Below are positions 1-9,185 of a DNA stretch of 64,000 nucleotides, one piece after another. Under the pieces are notes generated by a model. It was not told where the DNA came from. It saw nothing but the letters and a program-made list of their open reading frames with translations, and did not search any database. The first letter of the stretch is position 1. Each line of letters starts with the position of its first letter. Both the position numbers and the translations under genes were made by a program. This DNA is from Gemmatimonadaceae bacterium (GTDB lineage Bacteria > Gemmatimonadota > Gemmatimonadetes > Gemmatimonadales > Gemmatimonadaceae): contig DATKCV010000124.1 in NCBI GenBank assembly GCA_035513015.1, positions 1-64,000 of the forward strand, written 5' to 3'.

Positions 1-983
1 GATTCGCGTGATCAGCTCCGGATAATCGAAGCCATGGTGCTGCGCGGCCGAGGCGAACTCCTCACCATCGGCGATGTCCGGATTCGGATTGGCGTCGAGG
101 AAGTAGGGCTCGCCAGTCGCGCTGAGGCGGAAGTCGATCCGTGCGTAGCCATCGAGCTCGAGCGTGCGATAGATCCGCTTGGTAATTCGCGCGATCCGCT
201 CGGCCAGCTCGGGCGCGAAATCGGTGGCCGGCTTGAGGAAGATTCCCCGCTTCTCCTGATAGGCGACGTCGTGCTTGACCTTGGCGGTGGCGATCAGGGC
301 GGCGTTGGCAGGCATGTTCTCGAACGTCAGCTCCCACACGGGGAGCGCTATCAGCCGTTCGTTCCCGATCACGCCTACGTAGATCTCCCGCCCATCGATG
401 AACCGCTCGACGATCGCGTCGGTGGCGACGTGCTCGTGAACGAACGCCACGCGCTCGACGAGCCTTGCGTCATCCTCGACCAGAGAAGCCTGGGAGATTC
501 CGAACGATGAGTGCTCCACGAGGCTCTTCACGATCAGGGGAAACTCGAGCTTGCGCGGGCGTCGCACCCGCCGGCCGCGCGGAACGACCAGAAAGTCGGG
601 GACGTGGATCCGGTGGTAAGCGATCAGCTTCTTGGAGAGCGACTTGCTGCGTGCCAGCATCAGCCCGCGCGGATTGCACCCCGTGTACGGGACGCGCAGG
701 AGCTCGAGCAGGCTGACCACGTTCTGGTCGAACAGGACGTTGTGATGGAATTCCTCCAGCAGGTTGAAAACCACGTGCGGACGGAACTCCTCGACCGCGT
801 CGCGGATCGGCAGCAGCTCGTTCTGGACGCCGAGCGAACGGGCCTCGTGCCCGAGACCGCCCAGACAGTGGACGACGTCGTACTCGGCCTTCCAGGCGAG
901 GATCTCCTGCGGCGAGAATCCATCGAGCGAGTCCGGAGGCACGTGATCGGGGTGCATCAGCACGAGGACGCGGAGGCGCTTCA
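1..983 (-). CDS. ATP-grasp family protein (D-Ala-D-Ala ligase / RimK-like), truncated by window edge
   Basis: Hand translation of the reverse strand from an ATG (complement of 981-983) gives MKRLRVLVLMHPDHVPPDSLDGF...IVKSLVEHSSFGIS...YARIDFRLSATGEPYFLDANPNPDIA, the typical ATP-grasp C-terminal fold. It is absent from the ORF track because no stop falls inside the window. The + strand ORF 511..1089 has antisense-like composition. Confidence 0.7.
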
Positions 984-1027
984 TCGCGGTCGCCTGGATC
1001 CGGCTCGGGACGATCGGGAACGCGCGA

Positions 1028-2074
1028 TCACAGGGCAATCCAGTCGCGGCGGCCTTCGCTGTACAGGAAGTGCATGGTCTTCACGGTGAGGAGCACGGCG
1101 AAATCGGTCCGGAGCTGCCGCTCCGAACCGACCGCGCGCAGCCGGAGCTCGCGCGCGCGCCGGATCATGTGCGCCAGCACGACGTCGAGCGTGAACTCGT
1201 ACTCGCCGGTCCACTTGGAGACCATACGGCGGATCTCGCCGCGGTTGCGACGAAGAAAGGCGGCGGCTCGCGGCTGGTTCCGGTGTCGCGGCGAATCGGA
1301 GAAGAGCCGCCGCAGGTCGCGATCGTAGATGTCCGGAACGGACACCGAGTACTTCTCCTTGCGCTCGGCGTAATGCTCGGCGATGGTCCGCGTTACCATC
1401 CGCAGCGGCTCGACCACCGTGCGGCGGCTCACCAGCGGGCTCGTCCCGGCGAGCTCCGCCATCAGCTCGTCCACGTACTCGAGCTTGCGCAGGGCCGGCC
1501 ACCCCGCGTAGCGCTTGCGCCACTCCGTCCTCGGGCGCAGCCAGACGGCGAACGTCTCGGCGAAGTCCTCGTCCGGATGGCTCTGTGCGTACCAGAGGCG
1601 CAGGTGCTGCACGTAGCTGCGGCTCGCCGGATTGGGCCGATAGAACTCGGGATAGGGCGTGGACGACCTTCCGAACAGCGCCTGCCAGCGCCGGCGCCGG
1701 TTGAAGCGGTAGGCATGCTGGAGCGCGTGGCCCGTCTCGTGGCGCATGATCCGCGTGCATTCCTCGCGCGAGCCGCCCTCGACCTCGATGATCTGGCTGC
1801 GCTCGAGCCGCACCAGCCGCGGGTGGGCGAGATAGAAGGGAACCGCGAACCCGGGCACTCCGTGCGGCGAGAACCACTCCACCGAGAGCCAGAGGTGCGG
1901 AAGCGTGGTGATGCCTCGCCGGTCCAGCGACTCGTACAGCTCATCACGCTGCCGCTCGAGCCACGTTCCCTCTATGGTGAGTCCCAGGTCGCTGATGCGG
2001 GTCTGCATCAGTCTGTCGGTGGGCCAGGAGGCCCAGGGGAATCGGCGAACGCGTGGGGACATCGTCCTCGGCAT
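1028..2074 (-). CDS. HExxH zinc-metallopeptidase-like protein (Peptidase_Mx-like)
   Basis: Part of ORF 1028..2305(-). Contains an HETGHALQH motif with a downstream E. The start is set at MPRTMSP (complement of 2072-2074) because the upstream 75 codons are Arg/Gly-rich junk. It lies directly upstream of the ATP-grasp gene on the same strand. Confidence 0.6.
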   Translation of the reverse strand: MPRTMSPRVRRFPWASWPTDRLMQTRISDLGLTIEGTWLERQRDELYESLDRRGITTLPHLWLSVEWFSPHGVPGFAVPFYLAHPRLVRLERSQIIEVEGGSREECTRIMRHETGHALQHAYRFNRRRRWQALFGRSSTPYPEFYRPNPASRSYVQHLRLWYAQSHPDEDFAETFAVWLRPRTEWRKRYAGWPALRKLEYVDELMAELAGTSPLVSRRTVVEPLRMVTRTIAEHYAERKEKYSVSVPDIYDRDLRRLFSDSPRHRNQPRAAAFLRRNRGEIRRMVSKWTGEYEFTLDVVLAHMIRRARELRLRAVGSERQLRTDFAVLLTVKTMHFLYSEGRRDWIAL

Positions 2075-2199
2075 TGAATCGGGGATCACTTTGCACAGGA
2101 AGTGGGGACCGGGGCAAGGCCGCCGGCGCCGACCGGCGTTATCTTGAGGCAGACGATCGACCCGCCCCTGTCCGACGATCGACCCCGTCCCCGTCCCCG

Positions 2200-3351
2200 T
2201 TGACCGTGCCCTCAGAGACCATCCCGATCGAGATATCCGATCCCCTGAACGCGCGGATTCTCGCCGTGAGCGAGGACCGGATCGCCGGATTCCACGTCGA
2301 CCCATTCGCCGAGATCGCGCGGCAGGCCGGGCTTCCGATGGAGACGGTGCTCGAGCGGGTCGGGGCGATGCTGGCGGCGGGGACCATCCGCCGGGTGCGG
2401 CAGACGCTGATGGCGAACAGTCTCGCCCCTGGTGCGCTCGTCGCCTGGCGAGTGCCCGCCGAGCGTCTGGACGCCGCCTTCGACCTCATGGCGAACGACG
2501 ATCCATTCAGCGGGCACGTGGTGATCCGCTCGACCGATGCCGCGACGCCCGGCTCCGCCTATCGGCTGTGGACGACGCTCAAGGTGCCGCAGGGGTTCTC
2601 GCTCGCGAAGCACTGCGGGCTGCTGCGTGAGCGCGTGGGTGCCGAGGCGTTCCGGCTGATGCCGGCGAAGAAGCTGTTCGCGCTCGGCGTCGGACACGTG
2701 CGCCGGCGCGGAATGCCGCCCGGCAGCCGGAGCGACGAGCCGGGCCAGGTGCTGGACACCGCCGTCGTGGAGCTGTCGTCGCTCGAGTGGCGGGTGCTCG
2801 AACCCCTGAAGCGCGAGTTCGCCGCCGACGAGGTGCGCGAGGATCCATGGCGCTCCCGCGCCGCCGAGGCGGGGCTCACGCTGGAGGAGTTCGCCCGCGT
2901 CGCTCGCCAGCTGAACGAGCGCGGCGTGGTCGGCCGGTTCTCGACCTTCCTCGAGCACGTGAAGCCCTCGGCGGCCGGTACGCGGGTCACGCGCTACAAC
3001 GCGCTGTTCCACTGGCAGGTCCCCCCGGGACGCGAGCTCGACGCCGGCCGGGAGGTCGGCCGCCACCACATCATGACGCACGCCTACTGGCGCGAAGGCG
3101 GCCCCGAGTTCCGCAACGTCAACGTGATGGGCGTCGCCCACGGTACCGAGAAGGCCATGGTGCTCGAGCACAAGGCGGCGATCGACGCCCACCTCGCCGA
3201 GGCGGGGATCACGGTCGGCTACACCAATGTGTTCTGGGGCGGCCGGAGCGAGATCAAGCCGTCGGAGATCATGCCGTCGGCGTACGAGGCCTGGTGTCGA
3301 ACGAAGGGCGTCGATCCGGCAACGATGCGCGAGGAGTCGGGTACGCGGTAG
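2200..3351 (+). CDS. Tandem Lrp/AsnC-type protein (siroheme decarboxylase NirDL/AhbAB-like architecture)
   Basis: Two consecutive AsnC-like modules (DPLNARILAVSEDRIAGFHVDPFAEIARQAGL...; second half ...EWRVLEPLKREFAADE...LTLEEFARVARQLNERGVV). An in-frame TTG at 2200 is chosen as start because the ATG at 2053 overlaps the upstream gene. The antisense ORF 2212..3192 has junk composition. Confidence 0.5.
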   Translation: MTVPSETIPIEISDPLNARILAVSEDRIAGFHVDPFAEIARQAGLPMETVLERVGAMLAAGTIRRVRQTLMANSLAPGALVAWRVPAERLDAAFDLMANDDPFSGHVVIRSTDAATPGSAYRLWTTLKVPQGFSLAKHCGLLRERVGAEAFRLMPAKKLFALGVGHVRRRGMPPGSRSDEPGQVLDTAVVELSSLEWRVLEPLKREFAADEVREDPWRSRAAEAGLTLEEFARVARQLNERGVVGRFSTFLEHVKPSAAGTRVTRYNALFHWQVPPGRELDAGREVGRHHIMTHAYWREGGPEFRNVNVMGVAHGTEKAMVLEHKAAIDAHLAEAGITVGYTNVFWGGRSEIKPSEIMPSAYEAWCRTKGVDPATMREESGTR

Positions 3352-3354
3352 CCC

Positions 3355-4782
3355 TCAGGCTTCGGCCACCACGCGATCGGTCTCCGTGATGTGCTCGTCC
3401 GTGGATTCGTCGATCACGAGCCGGAGCAGCTCTCCCGCCATTCGCCAGCGCACGCGGGCCACCAGGACGAGGGCGACCACGACCAGCCCGACGACGAGCC
3501 CCCACCAGAGGCCGCGCGGACCGAGGTCGGTCCGGAAGGCGAGCCAGAGGCTGGTCGGCATCCCGATCAACCAGAAGCCGAGAATGTTGATCAGCATCGG
3601 TGAGCGCGTATCGCCGATGCCGCGCAGGACCCCGATCGCCACGACCTGCGTCCCATCGAACACCTGGAAGATCCCCGCCAGCGGTATGAGAACCGCCGCG
3701 AAGGCGATCACCTCCCGCTCGGTCGTGTAGACCCGTGCGAGCAGCTCGGGCGCCGACAGGAGCACGATCGCGCTCAGCACCATGAAGCCGACGCCGCAGG
3801 CGAGGGCCGTGGCGGCAGCCCGCCGCGCGGCGCCGGCATCGCCGCGGCCGACGGCCTGGCCGACGAGCACGGTCGCGGCCGCGGACACGCCGAGTGGAAC
3901 CATGAAGGTGAACGACGCCAGGTTGAGCGCCACCTGGTGCCCGGCCATTTGCGTCGTCCCGAACCATCCCATGAACACCGCGACGATTCCGAAGGCGCCG
4001 AACTCCAGCTGGAACTGGACGCCGATCGGTGCACCGAGACGAAGCATGCGCCAGATGGGCGCGACGGTGAAGGAGTCGCGGCGCACCGGCGTGAGATACG
4101 GATGCACCGAACGCCATGCCAGGGCGAGGAGCAGCGACGCCATCAACAGCCGGCTGACACTCGATGCCCAACCCGTTCCCACCGCGCCCATCGCCGGGAC
4201 GCCGAATTTTCCGAACACGAAGACCCAGTTCAGTAAGACGTTCGCCAGGTTCGCGACGACGATCGTGGCGATGATCGGGCGCAGGCGCCCCATCGCCTGG
4301 AGCGTCTGACGGAAGACGATGAACGCATAGAAGGGAAAGACGCCGGCGATCGACGCGATCGCATAGCCGGCGGCGAGCGGCACGACGTCGGCGGGCTGCC
4401 TGAGGGCGCCGAAGAGCGGCTCGCCGGGCAGAAGCAGCACCGACGCCAGCACCGCCAGCGCCGCCGCGAGCACGAGCCCCCGCTGCATGCCGCGCGCGAT
4501 CGCCCGGTCATCCTTCGCCCCGACGGCCTGCGACACGATCGGATCGAGTGCCAGCAGCACCCCCATGCCGAAGATCGTGGCGGCGAAGAAGTACATGTTG
4601 CCCAGGGCCACCGCGCCGATGGCGGCCGCCGAGACGCGGCCGACCATGATCGTGTCCACCACGCCCATCAGCATCATGCCGACCTGGACGAGCGTCACCG
4701 GCACCGCCAGGCGGAGCAGCGAGCGCAGCTCCGCCTGGAGTGAGAACGGACCGCGTTCCTGGGTGAGGGCGGGATCGGGCAT
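3355..4782 (-). CDS. MATE family efflux transporter
   Basis: Twelve-TM profile with typical MATE motifs (LAVPVTLVQVGMMLMGVVDTIMVGR..., GLWWGLVVG). The start is trimmed to MPDPALTQ (cat at 4780-4782); the ORF track extends it to 4980. Confidence 0.85.
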   Translation of the reverse strand: MPDPALTQERGPFSLQAELRSLLRLAVPVTLVQVGMMLMGVVDTIMVGRVSAAAIGAVALGNMYFFAATIFGMGVLLALDPIVSQAVGAKDDRAIARGMQRGLVLAAALAVLASVLLLPGEPLFGALRQPADVVPLAAGYAIASIAGVFPFYAFIVFRQTLQAMGRLRPIIATIVVANLANVLLNWVFVFGKFGVPAMGAVGTGWASSVSRLLMASLLLALAWRSVHPYLTPVRRDSFTVAPIWRMLRLGAPIGVQFQLEFGAFGIVAVFMGWFGTTQMAGHQVALNLASFTFMVPLGVSAAATVLVGQAVGRGDAGAARRAAATALACGVGFMVLSAIVLLSAPELLARVYTTEREVIAFAAVLIPLAGIFQVFDGTQVVAIGVLRGIGDTRSPMLINILGFWLIGMPTSLWLAFRTDLGPRGLWWGLVVGLVVVALVLVARVRWRMAGELLRLVIDESTDEHITETDRVVAEA

Positions 4783-4980
4783 CGAGAATTCGGCGTTGAG
4801 CCCACCGGCAGGATCGGCGAGCACCGGAACGACCGACCATCGTCGGCTCCGGGCACTTGCGATGTGCTCCGGGAACTCTGAACCTAGGGAGGGAACGCGC
4901 GGAACGCAGCGCCGCCGGCCAGGACTCTGGCGGCCTTCCGCGCGGCCGTGCATGTTGTTCGTCCCTTGGAGAGCCGGCAC

Positions 4981-5556
4981 ATGACTTCATTTTTCCTGAC
5001 CTGTGCGGCCCTGGGCGGAGCCGTGCTGCTCCTGCAGCTGGTCCTGGGCCTGTTCGGCATCGGTGACGATCACGCCGTCGATCACCACGGCATTCCCGCC
5101 GGCAAGGAATCGCTGACGCACGGGCTGCACCTGTTCAGTGTACGGGCGTTGTCCGCCGGCATCGCCTTCTTCGGCGTCGGCGGGCTGGCCGGGATGTCGA
5201 CCGCGTTCGGCCTGCTCGCGGCCGTCCCGCTCGCGCTGATCAGCGGTTCCGTCGCCACCGTCGCCGTCGCAGCCATCATGCGCGCCATGATGCGGCTCGA
5301 GGACGATGGTACCGTGCAGATTCACGGCGCCGTGGGTACCTCGGGCACCGTCTATCTCGCCATTCCCGGCGACCGGAGCGGCGTGGGGAAGGTGCACGTC
5401 ACACTGCAGAACCGCCTCGTCGAGCTTCAGGCGGTCACTTCGCAACAGTCGCTTCCGACCGGTTCCCGTGTCCTTGTCATCGACGTCGTCGGGCCGGACA
5501 CGGTGGACGTAGTTCCCGACCCCATCGCTCTCGAGGTCCCGAATGTCGCAGTCTAA
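4981..5556 (+). CDS. NfeD-like membrane protein (YqiJ-like, OB-fold C-terminus)
   Basis: N-terminal TM helices and a C-terminal beta-rich domain (GTSGTVYLAIPGDRSGVGKVHVTLQNRLVELQAVT). It overlaps the downstream flotillin gene by 14 bp, the classic NfeD-SPFH pairing. Confidence 0.7.
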   Translation: MTSFFLTCAALGGAVLLLQLVLGLFGIGDDHAVDHHGIPAGKESLTHGLHLFSVRALSAGIAFFGVGGLAGMSTAFGLLAAVPLALISGSVATVAVAAIMRAMMRLEDDGTVQIHGAVGTSGTVYLAIPGDRSGVGKVHVTLQNRLVELQAVTSQQSLPTGSRVLVIDVVGPDTVDVVPDPIALEVPNVAV

Positions 5557-7219
5557 CGTCTTCTTCCTGCTCCAGGCCGGCGTCGCCGACATCCCCCTCG
5601 GAGCCATCGTCGGCGTGCTCGGCGGCATCGTTCTGTTCAGCCTCCTCCTGCTGTTCGTCTCCCGCTACAAGCGGTGCCCGGCGAACCGCGTGCTGGTGGT
5701 CTCCGGTCGCGTAGGAGGCGGAGAGAGCGCGAAGTGCATCTCCGGGGGCGCGACGTTCGTCTGGCCGGTGTTCCAGGAGTTCGCGTTTCTCAGCCTGGAG
5801 CCGATGCAGATCGAGATCCCGCTCCGCGACGCGCTTTCCTACGAGAACATCCGCGTCGCCGTGCCGAGCGTGTTCACGGTGGCCATCGGAACGGAGTCCG
5901 AGGTGCGCCAGAACGCCGCGATCCGTCTGCTCGACCTCGGGCACGAGCAGATCAAGCGCCAGGCTCAGGACATCATCTTCGGTCAGCTCCGTCAGGTGAT
6001 CGCGTCGATGAAGATCGAGGAGATCAATCGCGACCGCGATGCCTTCCTCAACCGCGTTCAGACATCGCTCGAGCCGGAGCTCAAGAAGATCGGGCTGGTG
6101 CTGATCAACGTGAACATCACCGACCTGCGCGACGATTCCGGCTACATCGAGGCGATCGGAAAGAAGGCCGCTGCCACGGCCGTGCAGCAGGCCCGCGGCG
6201 ATGTCGCCGAGCAGGAGAAGCTCGGCGAGGTGCGCGTCGCCGAAGCCGAGCGCGAGCGGATCGTGCAGGTCGCCAACGCGACCAAGTTCCGCGAGATCGG
6301 AACGCGGGAGGCCGAGCGGGAACAGGCCGTGCGCGTGGCCGAGCTGCTGAAGGAGCAGACGATCGGCGAGCAGCGTGCCGCGTTCGAGCGCGAGGCGCAG
6401 GTCAAGGACGCCGAGCGCGAGCGTCGCGTTCGCGTTGCCGAGGCGGAGGCGAAGGCGATCGAGGGCGAGGCGGGCTCTCAGGCGCACATCGTGGCCACGC
6501 GGGCGCAGCTCCAGCTGCGCGAGGCCGAGGCGTACCAGCTCGCCGAGACGAAGAAGCGTGAGGCCGAGGCCGCCGTGCAGGAAGCGCAGAACAGGGCGCT
6601 GGCGCGGGCCGCGCTGGCCGACGCGGAGCGCGTCGAAGCCGAGCGCCGCGCCGAAGTCGAGGCGCCGGCGAAGGCAGACAAGGCGCGCACGATCGTCGAG
6701 GCCGAGGCCGAAGCCGAACGCCGGATTCTCGGGGCGAAGGCCGATGCGCAGGCCATCTTCCTGAAGCTCGAGGCAGAAGCACGTGGCCAGTACGAGATTC
6801 TCGCCAAGAAGGGCGAGGGGCTCCAGCGCGTGGTCGAGGCGTGCGGCGGCTCGACCCAGGCCTTCCAGCTCCTGATGCTCGAGCACCTGGACACCCTGGC
6901 CCACACGAGTGCCAAGGCGATCTCGAACATCAAGTTCGACAAAGTCGTGGTCTGGGAGGGGGGAGCGAATCAGCAGAGCGGCGCCGCCGGATTCCTCCAG
7001 AACATGGCGAGGACGATGCCTCCGATGATGAACGTGCTGCGCGACATCGCCGGGGTCGAGCTGCCCGGGTACTTCGGCGAGCTGAAGGCCGATGTGCCGG
7101 TGGAGAAGCAGGTGGCGCACGACGGCGCCGCCGTAGCCGCCCCGCCGGGTGCCCTGGCGTCGTCGCTTGCCGCCGATGGGTCCGCGAAGGCCGGTAAGCA
7201 GTCCCCCGCGGATCGCTGA
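5543..7219 (+). CDS. Flotillin-like SPFH/band-7 protein (YqiK-like)
   Basis: N-terminal TM, SPFH domain, then a long EA-rich coiled coil (AEAERERIVQ...EAEAEAERRILGAKADAQ) and a flotillin C-terminus. Confidence 0.9.
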   Translation: MSQSNVFFLLQAGVADIPLGAIVGVLGGIVLFSLLLLFVSRYKRCPANRVLVVSGRVGGGESAKCISGGATFVWPVFQEFAFLSLEPMQIEIPLRDALSYENIRVAVPSVFTVAIGTESEVRQNAAIRLLDLGHEQIKRQAQDIIFGQLRQVIASMKIEEINRDRDAFLNRVQTSLEPELKKIGLVLINVNITDLRDDSGYIEAIGKKAAATAVQQARGDVAEQEKLGEVRVAEAERERIVQVANATKFREIGTREAEREQAVRVAELLKEQTIGEQRAAFEREAQVKDAERERRVRVAEAEAKAIEGEAGSQAHIVATRAQLQLREAEAYQLAETKKREAEAAVQEAQNRALARAALADAERVEAERRAEVEAPAKADKARTIVEAEAEAERRILGAKADAQAIFLKLEAEARGQYEILAKKGEGLQRVVEACGGSTQAFQLLMLEHLDTLAHTSAKAISNIKFDKVVVWEGGANQQSGAAGFLQNMARTMPPMMNVLRDIAGVELPGYFGELKADVPVEKQVAHDGAAVAAPPGALASSLAADGSAKAGKQSPADR

Positions 7220-7255
7220 ACCAGACGGCCCGCGGTCCGCCCGCGACCGTACCAA

Positions 7256-7284
7256 GGCCCCGTCCCGGATACCGGGACGGGGCC
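7256..7284. terminator. Perfect 13-bp stem hairpin downstream of the flotillin gene
   Basis: ggccccgtcccgg-ata-ccgggacggggcc, followed by tgcgtcgtctgg. Confidence 0.6.
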
Positions 7285-7372
7285 TGCGTCGTCTGGATGG
7301 AGGCGCGGCAGCGGTTCAGCCGCAGCCCTGGCACACCTCCTCTGATTCCGAGCCGCCCATCCTGGAGCTGGC

Positions 7373-8257
7373 ATGAAACCGCATCTTCGGTCGTCGCTCA
7401 CGCTGCTCATAGCTGCTCTGCTGGCCGGTCCGATGCACTCCCTCGGAGCACAGGGGGACATCCAGTGGACCCCGGGGCCGACCGTCGGCCGACTCGGCTC
7501 CATCGCCCAGATCACCATTCCCGAAGGCTACAGCTTCACCGGCAAGGCCGGGGCGCAACGATTCATGGAGCTCACGGAGAACCCATCGTCAGGCGACGAG
7601 CTCGGCGTGCTGATTCCGAACACCGATGACGATGACGAATTCTGGTTCGTCGTCTTCGAGTTCAAGCAGATGGGCTACGTCAAGGACGACGAAAAGGCAG
7701 CGCTGGACGCCGACGACATCCTCAAGAGCATCCGGAAGGGGAACGATGCCGGCAACAAGATCCGTCGCAAGCGTGGCTGGCCGACGCTCAGTGTCGTTGG
7801 ATGGGAGAAGGAGCCGTTCTACGACGCGAATACCAACAACCTGACGTGGGCGATCCGCGGCGCGGTCGACGACGTGGCGGACAGTGGCGAGTCGGTGAAC
7901 TACTCCACGCGCGTGCTCGGCCGTCGCGGAACGATGAACGTGGATCTGGTGATCGACCCCGCCCTCGTCGAGCACGTCGTCCCCGAGTTCGAGTGGCTGC
8001 TGACGCAGTTCGAGTATCTCAGCGGCAACCGCTACGCCGAGTGGGTCGAGGGCGACGCGGTGGCGAAGTACGGGCTGACCGCGCTGGTGGCCGGCGGCGC
8101 GGGTGCACTGGCCGTGAAATCCGGGCTGCTCCAGAAGTTCGGGAAGCTGATCCTGGTCGCCATCGCCGCCATTGTCAGCGCTGTGGCGCGCTCGATGAAG
8201 TCGCTCGGCCGGCTGTTCGGACGAGGCGACGAGAGCCAGCAGCCGTCGCGGGGCTGA
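7373..8257 (+). CDS. DUF2167 family membrane-anchored protein
   Basis: Signal peptide (LLIAALLAGPMHSLGA); the N-terminal body resembles DUF2167 and the C-terminal TM segment is GLTALVAGGAGALAV...LILVAIAAIVSAV. Confidence 0.65.
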   Translation: MKPHLRSSLTLLIAALLAGPMHSLGAQGDIQWTPGPTVGRLGSIAQITIPEGYSFTGKAGAQRFMELTENPSSGDELGVLIPNTDDDDEFWFVVFEFKQMGYVKDDEKAALDADDILKSIRKGNDAGNKIRRKRGWPTLSVVGWEKEPFYDANTNNLTWAIRGAVDDVADSGESVNYSTRVLGRRGTMNVDLVIDPALVEHVVPEFEWLLTQFEYLSGNRYAEWVEGDAVAKYGLTALVAGGAGALAVKSGLLQKFGKLILVAIAAIVSAVARSMKSLGRLFGRGDESQQPSRG

Positions 8258-8270
8258 CGCCCGTAGCGGA

Positions 8271-9185
8271 ATGAGCAGTCCCTCGGCGCTCCTCGTGCTG
8301 ATCGGAGCGTTGTACCTCATCGAGTGCGTCGCCGTCGTTCCCGGTGGGTACGTGGCCTTCCGCCCCACCACACGTGGATCGTGGGCGGTCGTGAGTGGCG
8401 GGATGCGGCTCGGCGAGCAGGGACGGAGGCTCGTGCTGGCGGCGGTGGCGCCGTGGCGGGCCGGCCTCCTGTTGGTTCCGGCGGTGCCGCCCGGCGCCGC
8501 CGACGAGCCCGGCGCCCGCCTCGCATTCGATCGGGAGACGATCGGCGCACTGATGGCCCGCGCTCGCGCGGCGATTGCGCCGGTGCGCGTCGATGGCGTC
8601 GCCGCGTTCGTCTGGATCTTCGGCCTCGCCCCCCTCATGGTGTGGACGCTGGGCTGGAGCGCGAGCTGGCCGACGTTCCTTCTGAGCGTCCCGCTATTCG
8701 GGCTGCTGGTGGTCGGCGACGCGCGGCGGGCTTTCCGCATGATCAATGACGGCCGGTCGGCGCCTGTGTCGCTGCTCGTCACGATGGCGCTGTCGCCGGC
8801 CGCGGCCATGCGCGCCGCGGACCCGCTGATGCGAGCGGTGCTCGCCCGACACCATGCCCTGGCAGTCGCGTCGGTGCTCTGTGATCAGGATGCCTACGAG
8901 CGGTTCGCCGAGGAATGCGTCCGTGCGCGCCGGCGCGTCGCCCGCTCGTCGATCGAAGAGCCGGCTGGCGAACCGCCGGCGAACGCGGCCGACCACGTGC
9001 TGGCCGCCGCCGAAGCCGACCTCGTCGCGCGCACGATCCCCGGTGCCGCGCGGTTCACCCAGCCACCGGCGCGACGCGATCCCTCGGCGCTGGCCTACTG
9101 CCCTGCGTGTCTGCTGGAGTACGTCGTGCGAGATGGCGCGTGCGAGGACTGCGGCGGGGTCGTGCTCGAGCGATATCCAGCCTAG
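8271..9185 (+). CDS. Hypothetical polytopic membrane protein with C-terminal CxxC...CxxC zinc ribbon
   Basis: About 4 TM segments; the C-terminus reads AYCPACLLEYVVRDGACEDCGG. The antisense ORFs are short. Confidence 0.45.
   Translation: MSSPSALLVLIGALYLIECVAVVPGGYVAFRPTTRGSWAVVSGGMRLGEQGRRLVLAAVAPWRAGLLLVPAVPPGAADEPGARLAFDRETIGALMARARAAIAPVRVDGVAAFVWIFGLAPLMVWTLGWSASWPTFLLSVPLFGLLVVGDARRAFRMINDGRSAPVSLLVTMALSPAAAMRAADPLMRAVLARHHALAVASVLCDQDAYERFAEECVRARRRVARSSIEEPAGEPPANAADHVLAAAEADLVARTIPGAARFTQPPARRDPSALAYCPACLLEYVVRDGACEDCGGVVLERYPA

Noticed and set aside
511-1089. 192-aa + strand ORF at the window start
   Set aside because: It is antisense to the manually recovered ATP-grasp gene. Its composition (D/E/L/R/V-rich) is typical of reverse-frame artefacts in high-GC DNA.
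1070-2077. 335-aa + strand ORF
   Set aside because: It is antisense to the HExxH peptidase gene, with Arg/Leu/Gly-rich composition and no motif.
5477-7255. 592-aa - strand ORF
   Set aside because: It is antisense to the well-supported flotillin gene and has Arg/Gly/Leu/Asp composition.
7589-8809. 406-aa - strand ORF
   Set aside because: It is antisense to the DUF2167 and zinc-ribbon membrane protein genes, with low-complexity Ala/Arg/Ser/Thr composition.
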